Below, in pieces: positions 21,401 to 32,041 of a DNA stretch of 64,000 bases. The notes beneath the pieces are model-generated. The model had not been told where the DNA came from and made no database searches. It saw only the letters and a list, made by a program, of their open reading frames with translations. This DNA comes from Candidatus Kapaibacterium sp. GTDB lineage: Bacteria > Bacteroidota > Ignavibacteria > Kapaibacteriales > UBA2268. The translations under genes and the position numbers were made by a program. Positions within the stretch are counted from its first letter, which is position 1, and each line of letters begins with the position of its first letter. The stretch spans positions 1,472,001 to 1,536,000 of the forward strand of contig OY761611.1 of assembly GCA_963664875.1 (NCBI GenBank), given 5' to 3'.

Positions 21401-21613
21401 GTAAGAGTTGGCAGGGATACCATTGATAATATACTTGCCGTTTGGTTTGGTCTTAGCCCCTTTTTTAGTCCCGAGCAACATTATTGTTACACCGGGTAGC
21501 GGCTTACCGCTTTCATCTACTACAGTCCCTGAGATGGAACCATGCACCTGAGCATACGATATCACAGGTACCAGCAGAGAAACCAGCATGATTAAAACGA
21601 AAAATCTTCGCAT
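18449..21613 (-). CDS. TonB-dependent receptor-like protein with N-terminal carboxypeptidase-regulatory-like domain
   Basis: Start MRRFF after an AAGGAG RBS; GSISGTVVDESGKPLPGVTI; plug SIRGAR..KGGMGAEYS; barrel SPKVGVNY, GNPDL; ends YFGFKVKF. Confidence 0.88.
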   Translation of the reverse strand: MRRFFVLIMLVSLLVPVISYAQVHGSISGTVVDESGKPLPGVTIMLLGTKKGAKTKPNGKYIINGIPANSYDVKASHVAKADKMIKGVRVLSGQSTTLDIEMVDKVKTTETIVVTAARDQVKVDVAGSQDVVTSETMNKVASESLVDIISMKAGVTNSGSGYSIRGARQADTQILLDGMDLSNKFTGGMGIGGSKYYPTASAAATESAQVMKGGMGAEYSGFGAVNSAMKAGRNDRYEGYVRYRTDLPFLFGRQSSALNLVRTGNNFEFRNEGEGYKLQGSNEGKYEFGIGGPIPGFNDVTFFMSGYYFHEDYRGASYEILDPLGNNMSQVPNNQTWMKNITGKFTYDISTAVKMVVGGTWGMTNFENADYTSYYLEGEGMSADSVFNGVNQGFAKINVANQVLSNIYVKMNHFISSSMFYELRVARSANSDYQGRRNNFDDPSFMSGFDILEPEDKLVPQNDIFISGTDFVVDQYTQMNTVTGYTKDGYLKGEVPVRNPLTGYYEGRPYSTGTRNAFGLQNTFVSDGSAGGGFSFRDGSYIQMDGKFSWILDLDDVRQELTAGFNFKLHELHRHYNGTPYDGDPSYDLYTDKWGGNIYATTDQYVYDKTSKPFKPKSFDFFAEDRINYKDVTVQAGMRVDYFDASSQYRLPNDTYNFVSIGDEAGLADVSSKVNISPKVGVNYKITDQSVFKINYGIYYSYPAFQLYYDGFNKTALRTSAILGNPDLDAQRKNEYQVAYEANMTEDLIVELSAYYNDIYNEVGTVYIPAVPIPYYQYTITEYGNSRGVELNLRKRAVDHFNFEINYTLGWSTGTSSSATSNSSLLLDPFTDNPMFPLAAYPTSRDIRHRVSASANIFWGDDEGPSIAGIQPLQNMNINLTGRFNSGSPYTLVDMTGNMLSSRNSEVGPSYWNLDMRLMKTIKMNEIWEGAGDTEIEFFLDVDNILDITEAYSFYNVTQDPDDDGRLSRVSVGDYSAVIWYKEADFTNAETFNNSQYDFYGNRMYNEQADIDGNGQINQIEKYESYINYVEKIRSFKGNYKTPRTVYFGFKVKF

Positions 21614-21780
21614 TAGTTTAACTCCTTTATACAACCTAGCACAAAATATTAATCTTAATTTGCAACATTTATTTTCAAAAGCCGTATAATATTATAACAG
21701 CTTACTATAAATCTATCCGGCATTGCTTCTTAGCACAAAACACACCACTCCCTACACAACATGTGGCGGTTTACAATTGC

Positions 21781-21788
21781 CAAATATA
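21781..21788 (-). promoter_or_regulatory. TAnnTTTG -7 promoter element upstream of the TBDR locus
   Basis: TATATTTG on the minus strand about 170 nt before the TBDR start. Confidence 0.45.
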
Positions 21789-21838
21789 ACACAAATTTTT
21801 TTTTCTACACAAAAACTTTGCAGATTTGTTGAAAAAAT

Positions 21839-23182
21839 CTATCTCAAATAATATTCTAACCCATAAACTACAAATCCTGCTCTGCTCCAATTCGATCCAC
21901 CAAAACTTTCACCGAAGTTAAGATTCATGAATCTAAGTTCGGTACCAAGCGTCAAATAAAAGTTATTATACAGCTCTACCTTGCCTCTCACTCTTCCGTA
22001 AAACAACGAACCACTATTAGAAGCACCAAATCCGAAGCGGGCTGAAAGATTCAACCAACTATCCTGCTCAGTGGCTGAGATAATATTATGTTCAGCAAAC
22101 GCTGACACCCAAAACAGAGAGTTATCAATATTAACGGTTCTGTGATATTCTATAAAATCAGTTGGTTTGTTACCTACTTCTATCATAGTGTTAGAAGCCG
22201 GGCGAGGCACTCTTACTATTATATCCATATTAGATAAAAACTTCAGATTACCAATTTCAATACCCATATCAAAGTTATCTACTATATTATAAGCTACTGA
22301 TAGAGAATAATTTGATATGCCTGAATTAGATGTTTTATTAAATCCACTGCTGCTAAAGTCCGATGAGCCAAAAAACGTAATATTAACATTATTAGGCATC
22401 TGATACTGGAAATCGTCATAATAACTATAAGAACCGCTGTTATCCTGCGGGATGATACTTGGCATCTGAGGAGCATCGTATCTTTTTTCTTTAAGTAAGG
22501 TATTAGACTGAGCATTGAAGTATGGATTGTTTGTAGCGTAGTCATTATAATCGTCTTCTGATTCTATCTCGCTGGCAGCAAGAATAGACTCAACCATCAA
22601 ATTTTCGTCAAAAGTCTGAGCGACCAAAGGCTTATCACTATTTATTGCTTGCATTGCAACAAATCCGTCACTATTGCTCATTTCAATTGAAGATTTGTTT
22701 ATCTGTTTTACTTCTTCTTTAGGAACTACAAGCACGAGCACATTGTTTTCCGCTGCAACGCTGAATTCCATATTCTTATCTACCGAACGGAATTCATCTC
22801 TATAAGATTCTGCAACATTATCAAAGCGTGTTCCTAAATTATGATCGCTAATCTTTCCAATAGCAAACATGAAAAGAATCACAGCAGCTGCACTAATATA
22901 TCGATAGTTAAATTTAGACTTTTTAGGCAATTCAAGCTTTAAAACATTTGCTTTACTTTCATTGATAATTTGCATCATAATCCTATCTTCGGTTTCACTC
23001 AGAAGATCTACCGGGACTTTGATGGATTGAGCATCTTTCTTCATTGCATGATTTAGCTCCACAGCTACGTCGAATTCTTCCTTAGCTGCTTTATCGTCTG
23101 CCAAATAGTGCCTAAGAAGGATGTCTTCTTCTTGGTTCAATTCGCCATCAAGATATTTCGATATGAGATTATCGAGACTCAT
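21839..23182 (-). CDS. Anti-sigma factor with TM helix, linker and predicted C-terminal beta-barrel (Dma-like)
   Basis: N-terminal LISKYLDGEL anti-sigma-type helix; TM YISAAAVILFMFAIG; polar linker; C-terminal alternating strands ending VVYGLEYYLR. Overlaps the 3' end of the sigma gene by 14 bp. Confidence 0.7.
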   Translation of the reverse strand: MSLDNLISKYLDGELNQEEDILLRHYLADDKAAKEEFDVAVELNHAMKKDAQSIKVPVDLLSETEDRIMMQIINESKANVLKLELPKKSKFNYRYISAAAVILFMFAIGKISDHNLGTRFDNVAESYRDEFRSVDKNMEFSVAAENNVLVLVVPKEEVKQINKSSIEMSNSDGFVAMQAINSDKPLVAQTFDENLMVESILAASEIESEDDYNDYATNNPYFNAQSNTLLKEKRYDAPQMPSIIPQDNSGSYSYYDDFQYQMPNNVNITFFGSSDFSSSGFNKTSNSGISNYSLSVAYNIVDNFDMGIEIGNLKFLSNMDIIVRVPRPASNTMIEVGNKPTDFIEYHRTVNIDNSLFWVSAFAEHNIISATEQDSWLNLSARFGFGASNSGSLFYGRVRGKVELYNNFYLTLGTELRFMNLNFGESFGGSNWSRAGFVVYGLEYYLR

Positions 23183-23732
23183 TGATTTCCTTGACTATTG
23201 GTGTTAGAATTTTTCTTAGTTGTACTCTTGCCCTATGCACTCTTACCTTGGCTAATGATAAATCAATCCCAAGTATTTCAGCTATCTCCTGATATGAATA
23301 TCCTTCATATTCTCTGAGTAGCAGTGCTTCTTTCAAAATAACAGGCAAGGCTGCTATGGCATCCTGCAGTGAACGTTGAAGTCCATAATCATTTTTCATC
23401 TCTACTGATTGACCATGAACATAGTCATCGTAAGATTCCAAATCTTTTTTGCTTCTTATCATATTGAGGCATGTGTGCCTCGCAATGGTAAAAACCCAGG
23501 ATGTAAAATTTTCGCCGTAAAACTTTTTGCTGTTTTCATATACTTTGACAAATGTTTCCTGAAAAGCATCTTTTGCCTGTGCCTCATCGCCAAGCATTCG
23601 CAAACAGAATCTATATATCCTGTCTCCATACTTTTTGTAAAGTATGCCGAATGCCTGAGCACTACCGTTCTTGAAACTTTCTAAGGTTTCAGGAAGGTCT
23701 TTGTCATCGATATTTGCTTTTCTAAAAAACAT
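23169..23732 (-). CDS. ECF RNA polymerase sigma factor
   Basis: DAFQETFVK, FTSWVFTIARH, LLREYEGYSYQEIAEILGI..VRVHRAR. Confidence 0.95.
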   Translation of the reverse strand: MFFRKANIDDKDLPETLESFKNGSAQAFGILYKKYGDRIYRFCLRMLGDEAQAKDAFQETFVKVYENSKKFYGENFTSWVFTIARHTCLNMIRSKKDLESYDDYVHGQSVEMKNDYGLQRSLQDAIAALPVILKEALLLREYEGYSYQEIAEILGIDLSLAKVRVHRARVQLRKILTPIVKEINESR

Positions 23733-23765
23733 AATTTGTCAACTATATTATCCGGCTTTATTGGT

Positions 23766-23793
23766 AAACACAGCAAAGCAGATTTTGGTTACA
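23766..23793 (-). promoter_or_regulatory. Candidate autoregulatory ECF promoter
   Basis: TGTAAC-N17-TGTTT, ending 34 nt upstream of the sigma start codon. Confidence 0.4.
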
Positions 23794-23820
23794 ACTTTTT
23801 TTCATTAGACAGAAAAAATA

Positions 23821-25959
23821 TTATTTTATAGGAGTTCTAAGCTCAATTATTACAGTTCGGGAATAATTTCTTCCTTCCGGGCTATCATTATTATAAAGCA
23901 AAAGTCTGCTACCGACACTGTTTTTTTCAACTTTGTTTTCTATCTTAAGTGCATTAAGTACATTTTCGATTCTTTCACCTGCAAGTTTTTCGTTATACTC
24001 AGGGTCTCCGGTTCTGTCGGCATAACCCGTAATGAATATTTCTGTATTTGGTTTAATCTGTTCTTTGACAGCTTTAAGTACATCTATATGTTCCGCTTTT
24101 AGATTTGCTTTATCATAATCAAACAGAATTAGGGCAAATCTATCAATTATTCTATCGTCACGAAGTATCTCACGCTTTTTGCGAATGGTCTTTTGCGATA
24201 TACCGATAGTCCTGCTTTCAGTGTGAGCTTGGTTTCCGGTATATACTATCAAATCAATATCTACATTTTTGTCATATCGAGGAATTGGTAGTCTTTCGAT
24301 ATCCCAGATTCTTTTTTCAAGCTTATCTTTGAAATCGTAGCGTCTGAGTACTTCACCGTTATGTTTTACAAAAATAGTCGCACTATCAATTGCCATACCG
24401 GAAAACTTAGGACTTATTTCAAGCACAGGCGGAGTAGCAGTTCTCTTTATATCCTTTATTATAAACGGCGCAGTGACGCCTTTGTCATTGGAGCTGATTT
24501 CTACTCTTCTGTTTTCAGATTTACCGTCAGGATTGTCATTATTTGCAGCATTCATGGGGAGTGCTCTGTTTTTGACTTTTACTTTTCCTTCCGGTATGTC
24601 CCATATTTGAGTTAGATATTCTTTGATAAGGTTAGCTCGGCTGCCGGATAGTGAAGTGTTATTTGCTTCTTCAGCTGTGGCATTATTGCATCCTGTTATT
24701 ACTAAATCTGCTCCCGAATCCAAAGCACGACGTGCAATGATATTAAGCATATCCTTATATATATCCATTGTATTTGGATTAAGTTTATCAGGGTCAAATG
24801 ACTTTGTCTCTTCTTTGCTTAGCAGATTCAAACTTCCAGGATTAATCTTTGTGCTTCCCTGCTCAAAAAACACATAAGGTAAAAGTGGAAACATTTCCTG
24901 GTACTCTGTTTCTTCTATCACAACAGTAGGATTAGTCATAATATTGCCGTTCTCGTCAATACCATATACCAGAAGTTCGATTTCTGTATCAATCGGCTTT
25001 GGTTTTTCTAATCTATATTTTTCGTATTTCACCGTCTGTTCGACGATAACATTATACTCTTCAATCTCTGTCGTCTCTTCGTAATTGTCAATTAGCTCTA
25101 TTTTATCTTTAGTGATACCTGCAATATATTCAACTATCGTGTCCCTCTGAATTCTGTATTGCTTGTCGCGAGGTTTATCTTTTTCTTTGAGATATGGGAA
25201 TTTCAAAGCAGCACCAAATGAAACAGTAGAAACCAACCAATCTACAGAACTTATCTCCGAGAATGGCAAGTGGTATCTGATTTCAGGTTGCAATACTCCT
25301 GTTGTAAATACAGGGATTCTATAGCCAACACTAAAAGTAGCAAAAAGCTGCATAGCTTTTCCATCAGGCATAGCAAAATCTGTATATTCTGAGCGAATTC
25401 TTTTGCCGTTTTCCAAGAACACTACATTATCGGGCTGCAGCAATTCTTCTTTTTGGTTTAAATTAGTTGAAACAATATACCCTAATTTCAAACCGGCGGT
25501 AGTATAAAAATCGTCAAAAAATTTGAAGCCTGCATGTGCTTCCAAATCAAGCATATTTATAGCAGATTCTATTTGATATTTCGATTTAGCCTGACTGACG
25601 CTTATAGTGTTGTAAGGAGGATTCAAATCTCTAAACTCGGTATTGCCGGTTATATCTTCTTCAGATAAAGTGCCGTCTAAAGTGGAGAAGCCTAATCTTG
25701 CCCCCAAATAAACAGCATTGTTGAGAGGAAGCTCCAGCATCCCGCCAAAGTTAAACCCGTAACCAGTACCGCCTTCAAAGTTAGTACAACAGATAGGTTT
25801 GCCCGGAAGAGACTGGAAATCTGTAAAATGTATATTGTAATTTAGACCTGCATAAGCACCATAATATAATACTGTGTCTTTGTTTCTGCTATTTTGAGCA
25901 AACGAGCTTGCCTGCAGGCATAGAAGAAATGCAATAAAATAAAAAGCTATTGGTTTCAT
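23821..25959 (-). CDS. Outer-membrane protein: N-terminal beta-barrel plus two OmpA-like domains
   Basis: Start MKPIAF with signal peptide; barrel-like strands; OmpA-like blocks VFFEQG..ITGCNN..LSGSRA..NRRVEI and LFDYDKA..ITGYADRTG..NEKLAGER..SRTVII. Confidence 0.78.
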   Translation of the reverse strand: MKPIAFYFIAFLLCLQASSFAQNSRNKDTVLYYGAYAGLNYNIHFTDFQSLPGKPICCTNFEGGTGYGFNFGGMLELPLNNAVYLGARLGFSTLDGTLSEEDITGNTEFRDLNPPYNTISVSQAKSKYQIESAINMLDLEAHAGFKFFDDFYTTAGLKLGYIVSTNLNQKEELLQPDNVVFLENGKRIRSEYTDFAMPDGKAMQLFATFSVGYRIPVFTTGVLQPEIRYHLPFSEISSVDWLVSTVSFGAALKFPYLKEKDKPRDKQYRIQRDTIVEYIAGITKDKIELIDNYEETTEIEEYNVIVEQTVKYEKYRLEKPKPIDTEIELLVYGIDENGNIMTNPTVVIEETEYQEMFPLLPYVFFEQGSTKINPGSLNLLSKEETKSFDPDKLNPNTMDIYKDMLNIIARRALDSGADLVITGCNNATAEEANNTSLSGSRANLIKEYLTQIWDIPEGKVKVKNRALPMNAANNDNPDGKSENRRVEISSNDKGVTAPFIIKDIKRTATPPVLEISPKFSGMAIDSATIFVKHNGEVLRRYDFKDKLEKRIWDIERLPIPRYDKNVDIDLIVYTGNQAHTESRTIGISQKTIRKKREILRDDRIIDRFALILFDYDKANLKAEHIDVLKAVKEQIKPNTEIFITGYADRTGDPEYNEKLAGERIENVLNALKIENKVEKNSVGSRLLLYNNDSPEGRNYSRTVIIELRTPIK

Positions 25960-26009
25960 CTTGTTTCTTATATATATTAACGAATACATTTATTCAAAAA
26001 GTAACATAG

Positions 26010-28079
<2,070 letters not shown>

Positions 28080-28109
28080 GCTGATTTCAGTTTCTTTGGA
28101 ATTAAATCA

Positions 28110-28147
28110 AATGGGTAGTCTTTGATTGAAACAAGAGACTACCCATT
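28110..28147. terminator. Hairpin between convergent ligA and the cheB-like gene
   Basis: AATGGGTAGTCT...AGACTACCCATT inverted repeat. Confidence 0.65.
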
Positions 28148-28180
28148 AACTTAAAATAGAATGCAAATCTACTATGAAAA

Positions 28181-29203
28181 CTAAGATTTCTGCAATTTGT
28201 CGTGCAGCATTTTGATTCTGTGTGTAATTGCTTTACCTATTTTATCCAAAGGTACAATTTCGTGCTTTCTTGTAGCTTTGATTGCAGCTTCCGGCATAGA
28301 CGGAGCAACTGCTGACTCAGGATCCTGAATTATCAAAGTACCTCCGGCAGCTTCGATATTAGCACAACCATTAGCACCATCTTTACCAAGACCTGTAAGC
28401 ACAACTCCTATACCATATTTACCAAATGCCTGAGCACCTGAGCGGAAAAGAGGATCTGCAGACGGTTTGCTGAAATTTTCTTCCGGGGCATCATCAAAAG
28501 CTAACTTTTGAGACTTAGGCAAAATATTGAGATGTTTACCACCCGGAGCGATATAAATATTTTTTGGTAAAGAAATATGACCATTCATAGCAACATTGAC
28601 TTTGTAAGGTGTATTTTCCTGCAAATGCTTTGCAAAACCGCTAATCATCCAATCCGGCGCATGTTGAACCAGATAAAATGCAGCAGGCAAATCCGCAGGA
28701 ATATTTCTAAATACTTCTATAAGTGATTTTGGTCCACCGGTAGAAGAAGCAATGGTAACACCAATAAAATCAGGCTTAATGTCTTCTGACACATCTACTG
28801 TAATTGCAGAGGAGCTTGGCTCAACTTGTTTGATTTTTCCTAAGCCCTGCTTGATCGCACGCTCTAAATCATTAAAATCAACAGGTTTCGGGAAATAGTC
28901 ATCTGCCCCTGCATTGAGAGCAAATTCCTTTGTCCCTTGCGAGTCTATGGCAGTAAACATAATAATATAAGGGATAGGTCTGATAGTTTCTCTAACTCTT
29001 CTGATTAGCTCGATACCATCCATAAGGGGCATCATCCAATCTGTCAAAAGAATATCAAATTGTACCTGTTCCATCAATTTCAAAGCTGAGATGCCGTTTT
29101 GTGCTGTAATTACCTGATACCCTTTGCGTGTAAGCAACTGCTTATACGTAGCAGAGGTCATCAGTTCGTCTTCCGCTAAAAGTACTTTTATTTGTCCTGC
29201 CAT
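28181..29203 (-). CDS. cheB: Receiver domain fused to a CheB-type methylesterase
   Basis: Receiver LLAED..TDWMMP..KP; esterase SSTGGP, VQHAP, PSADPLF, LTGLGKDG. Confidence 0.8.
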   Translation of the reverse strand: MAGQIKVLLAEDELMTSATYKQLLTRKGYQVITAQNGISALKLMEQVQFDILLTDWMMPLMDGIELIRRVRETIRPIPYIIMFTAIDSQGTKEFALNAGADDYFPKPVDFNDLERAIKQGLGKIKQVEPSSSAITVDVSEDIKPDFIGVTIASSTGGPKSLIEVFRNIPADLPAAFYLVQHAPDWMISGFAKHLQENTPYKVNVAMNGHISLPKNIYIAPGGKHLNILPKSQKLAFDDAPEENFSKPSADPLFRSGAQAFGKYGIGVVLTGLGKDGANGCANIEAAGGTLIIQDPESAVAPSMPEAAIKATRKHEIVPLDKIGKAITHRIKMLHDKLQKS

Positions 29204-29723
29204 AAGTATATTAGTGTATTGTTTAAAATAAAATTATTTTCACTACTCGACTTACTTACTAATCGTATGAAACCTCAAATTATTTCATGACTATGCAAGA
29301 AAGTAAAACGAACCATAATTTACTAAAAAAAATTACAACTACAAACTCTTTATATCTTTGTAAACATCAAAGCTAAAGCTATTTGTCGTAAAATAATAAT
29401 TTGCAATAAATATATAATTTATCAAAATATTGCCTTTACAATTTTTCCTGTTAATTTTAGTTTTGTAAATTTTAGAGCTTATAAATAGAATATTTATTCA
29501 TAATGCTCTTTTGAGAAAGATAAGTAACTATACCGATTTATCAATATCCTTCCTCTTCTTAGAAATAAACTAAAGCTTTCAATTGAGGAATCTCTGTGAA
29601 GTCATTCAAATAAAAGTACTGTATTTTTGAATAGTTACTTAATTCCTAATACACAAAAAAAATACCCCCATGCAGATTAAGTATATGCAATGGAGGCACA
29701 AATATTTCAAGCAGAGCTATAAA

Positions 29724-30404
29724 TTAGTCAAAAAGCACAGATTCTCCAAAATCGAGTATCCTTGCTTCTTTTCCAAGATTTTCGACCTTGTTTTTAAATG
29801 TGTTGGGGTCAGCAGCTATAACAGGGAAAGTATTATAGTGCATTGGTATTGCGAGTTTAGGATTGACAAACTCAACAGACTTTACAGCATCATCTATACC
29901 CATAGTGAAATTGTCACCTATAGGAGCCATATATACATCAATAGCATTGAGTTCCCCAATAAGTTTCATATCAAGGAATATTCCTGTATCGCCGGCATGA
30001 TATACAGTTTTTCCTCCAATAGTAATCACTACACCTGCAGGCTCACCCATGTACATGCCGTCAGGAGTAGAGCTACCGTGATGAGCTATAGTAAATTTTA
30101 ATCTCCCAAAAGGAAAATTCCAACCACCGCCAATGTGCATATTATGTGCTTTCACTCCATGAGAAGCCACATAATTGGCTAATTCGTTTACAGCTATTAG
30201 CATGCTGTCGTTGTCTTTCGCAAGCTGAATAGCATCACCCAGATGGTCTCCATGTGCATGGGTCAAAACAATAAAATCAGGCTTCAAACTATCCATAGCA
30301 ACAGGTGCGTTAGGGTTACCGGTAATAAACGGATCAATCACAACAGTATATTCACCATCAGAAAGCATAAAAGACGAATGGCTTAGGTAAGTCAATTTGA
30401 GCAT
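29724..30404 (-). CDS. MBL-fold metal-dependent hydrolase (UPF0173/YtkL-like)
   Basis: IDPFITGNP, THAHGDH, YHAGDT, IPMHYNTF. Confidence 0.9.
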   Translation of the reverse strand: MLKLTYLSHSSFMLSDGEYTVVIDPFITGNPNAPVAMDSLKPDFIVLTHAHGDHLGDAIQLAKDNDSMLIAVNELANYVASHGVKAHNMHIGGGWNFPFGRLKFTIAHHGSSTPDGMYMGEPAGVVITIGGKTVYHAGDTGIFLDMKLIGELNAIDVYMAPIGDNFTMGIDDAVKSVEFVNPKLAIPMHYNTFPVIAADPNTFKNKVENLGKEARILDFGESVLFD

Positions 30405-30563
30405 TTGGAATCTCCTTATCTATCGAAAAAATATTTTTTGTTTCGAGACAAACAATTAATATAAAAATGCTTTAAAATTTGTATTAATATATTATATTCT
30501 TATTTGAAACACAAACGTTTTATATAGTACTTCATTTTTGGAATTACAAGAAAGGCTCGGTTA

Positions 30564-31886
30564 ATGTTTGACCCTTATATTGCACTGATAGGCGGAAGCG
30601 TAATGATATTATTGTCTTACGTTTTTGATTTGGCTTCGAGGAAGTTCAAAATACCCTCAGTTTTGTTTCTGATAGCGACGGGCATGGGTTTGAAATTTCT
30701 TGCTACTTCTTTTGGTATCAACCTCGACAGGCAGTTTTTTAGTGTGCTTGAGCTGCTTGGCATAGTCGGGCTTATTATGATTGTTTTAGAAGCAGCAGTT
30801 GATCTCAAGCTTACACGAGAGAAGCTCTACACAATCAAAAGATCTGCCTTGATGGCAACTCTTATTTTAGTCATATCATCACTCGCGATAGCATTAGTAA
30901 TTATGTATTTCAGGCAGGAGCCATTTTTCAACTCTTTGGTCTATGCCATACCACTTTCTGTTGTCAGTAGTGCTGTGCTGATACCAAGCGTACACAGCCT
31001 CACTCAGAAGAAGAAGGAATTTATGATTTACGAGGCAACGTTCTCGGACGTGATTGGTATTATGTTTTTCAATTTTGTTGTAATCCAACACGGCAGCATT
31101 TTTTCTTTCCAGGGCATGATTACAATCTTATTGACAGTAATAGTTTCTGTTCTCGTGTCGTATTTTTTAGTTTATTTATTTGGTAAGATTACTACTCAAA
31201 TTAAGATATTTATGATGCTAGCAGTGCTTGCTGCACTTTATGGAATCGGAAAGCAATTCCACTTGTCGTCTCTTCTTATCATTTTCATTTTTGGACTCAT
31301 ACTCAATAATACTAAACAATTTTTTGTTTGGAAGTTAGAGGAGTATGTCGATTTCAAAAAAATAGAAGCTATTCGTGATGAATTCCATACTATCACTGCA
31401 GAAACTGCCTTTTTAGTCAGAACTTTTTTCTTTATTGCGTTTGGTATGTCATTAGATTTAGTCCAAATGACCAATCCAAAGGTAATGCTAATTGGTAGTA
31501 TTATAGTTGTGATTCTGTATTTGATTCGCTACATCAATTTCAAGACATTTTTAAAAACAGACGTTATACCTGAAATATTTTTAGCTCCACGCGGACTAAT
31601 CACAATCCTACTTTTCTATAATATTCCGGCAGTTTATCAAATTCAGGACTTTTCTATAGGCATATTATCATTCGTGATTGTAACAACAAGCCTTGTGATG
31701 ATGGGAGCACTAATTGCAACTCCGAAGCATCAAATAGACTCTTTTACGATAGTAGATATAGGCGTAACACCTACTAATGACCTTTTAGTCAAAGAGCCGG
31801 AAGGACCTTACTGCGAACTTGAGACTAATGAGTTTTCTGAGGAAAATAACAGCTCAAAAAAAATAGACACTGAAAAAAAAGACTGA
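30564..31886 (+). CDS. Cation:proton antiporter family protein
   Basis: About 12 TM helices; IPSVLFLI, SSAVLIPS, YEATFSDVIG, APRGLIT. Confidence 0.82.
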   Translation: MFDPYIALIGGSVMILLSYVFDLASRKFKIPSVLFLIATGMGLKFLATSFGINLDRQFFSVLELLGIVGLIMIVLEAAVDLKLTREKLYTIKRSALMATLILVISSLAIALVIMYFRQEPFFNSLVYAIPLSVVSSAVLIPSVHSLTQKKKEFMIYEATFSDVIGIMFFNFVVIQHGSIFSFQGMITILLTVIVSVLVSYFLVYLFGKITTQIKIFMMLAVLAALYGIGKQFHLSSLLIIFIFGLILNNTKQFFVWKLEEYVDFKKIEAIRDEFHTITAETAFLVRTFFFIAFGMSLDLVQMTNPKVMLIGSIIVVILYLIRYINFKTFLKTDVIPEIFLAPRGLITILLFYNIPAVYQIQDFSIGILSFVIVTTSLVMMGALIATPKHQIDSFTIVDIGVTPTNDLLVKEPEGPYCELETNEFSEENNSSKKIDTEKKD

Positions 31887-31964
31887 TAGTTCTTTTCTCA
31901 TAACAAATTGATTTAGAATTGCTTACACCACAAGCATATATTTATAAAATAGTTTTGAAATGAA

Positions 31965-32000
31965 TAGGGCGATGACATCACTAAAATTATCATCGCCCTA
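31965..32000. terminator. Hairpin between convergent genes
   Basis: TAGGGCGATGA...TCATCGCCCTA inverted repeat. Confidence 0.6.
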
Positions 32001-32041
32001 AATACATTCTGGTAATTAAAGACTATCAGATTGTAAAAAAT

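Noticed and set aside
21614-21790. Cobalamin or TPP riboswitch ahead of the TBDR
   Set aside because: The conserved cores of these riboswitches are not visible; kept only as a generic leader finding.
18449-23732. Classical FecI-FecR-SusC-SusD polysaccharide utilisation locus
   Set aside because: The anti-sigma does not look FecR-like, the TBDR lacks recognisable SusC signatures, and no SusD or CAZyme gene follows.
29204-29723. ncRNA or repeat array in the 520-bp AT-rich gap
   Set aside because: No convincing stem, repeat series or RBS-led ORF was found by eye.
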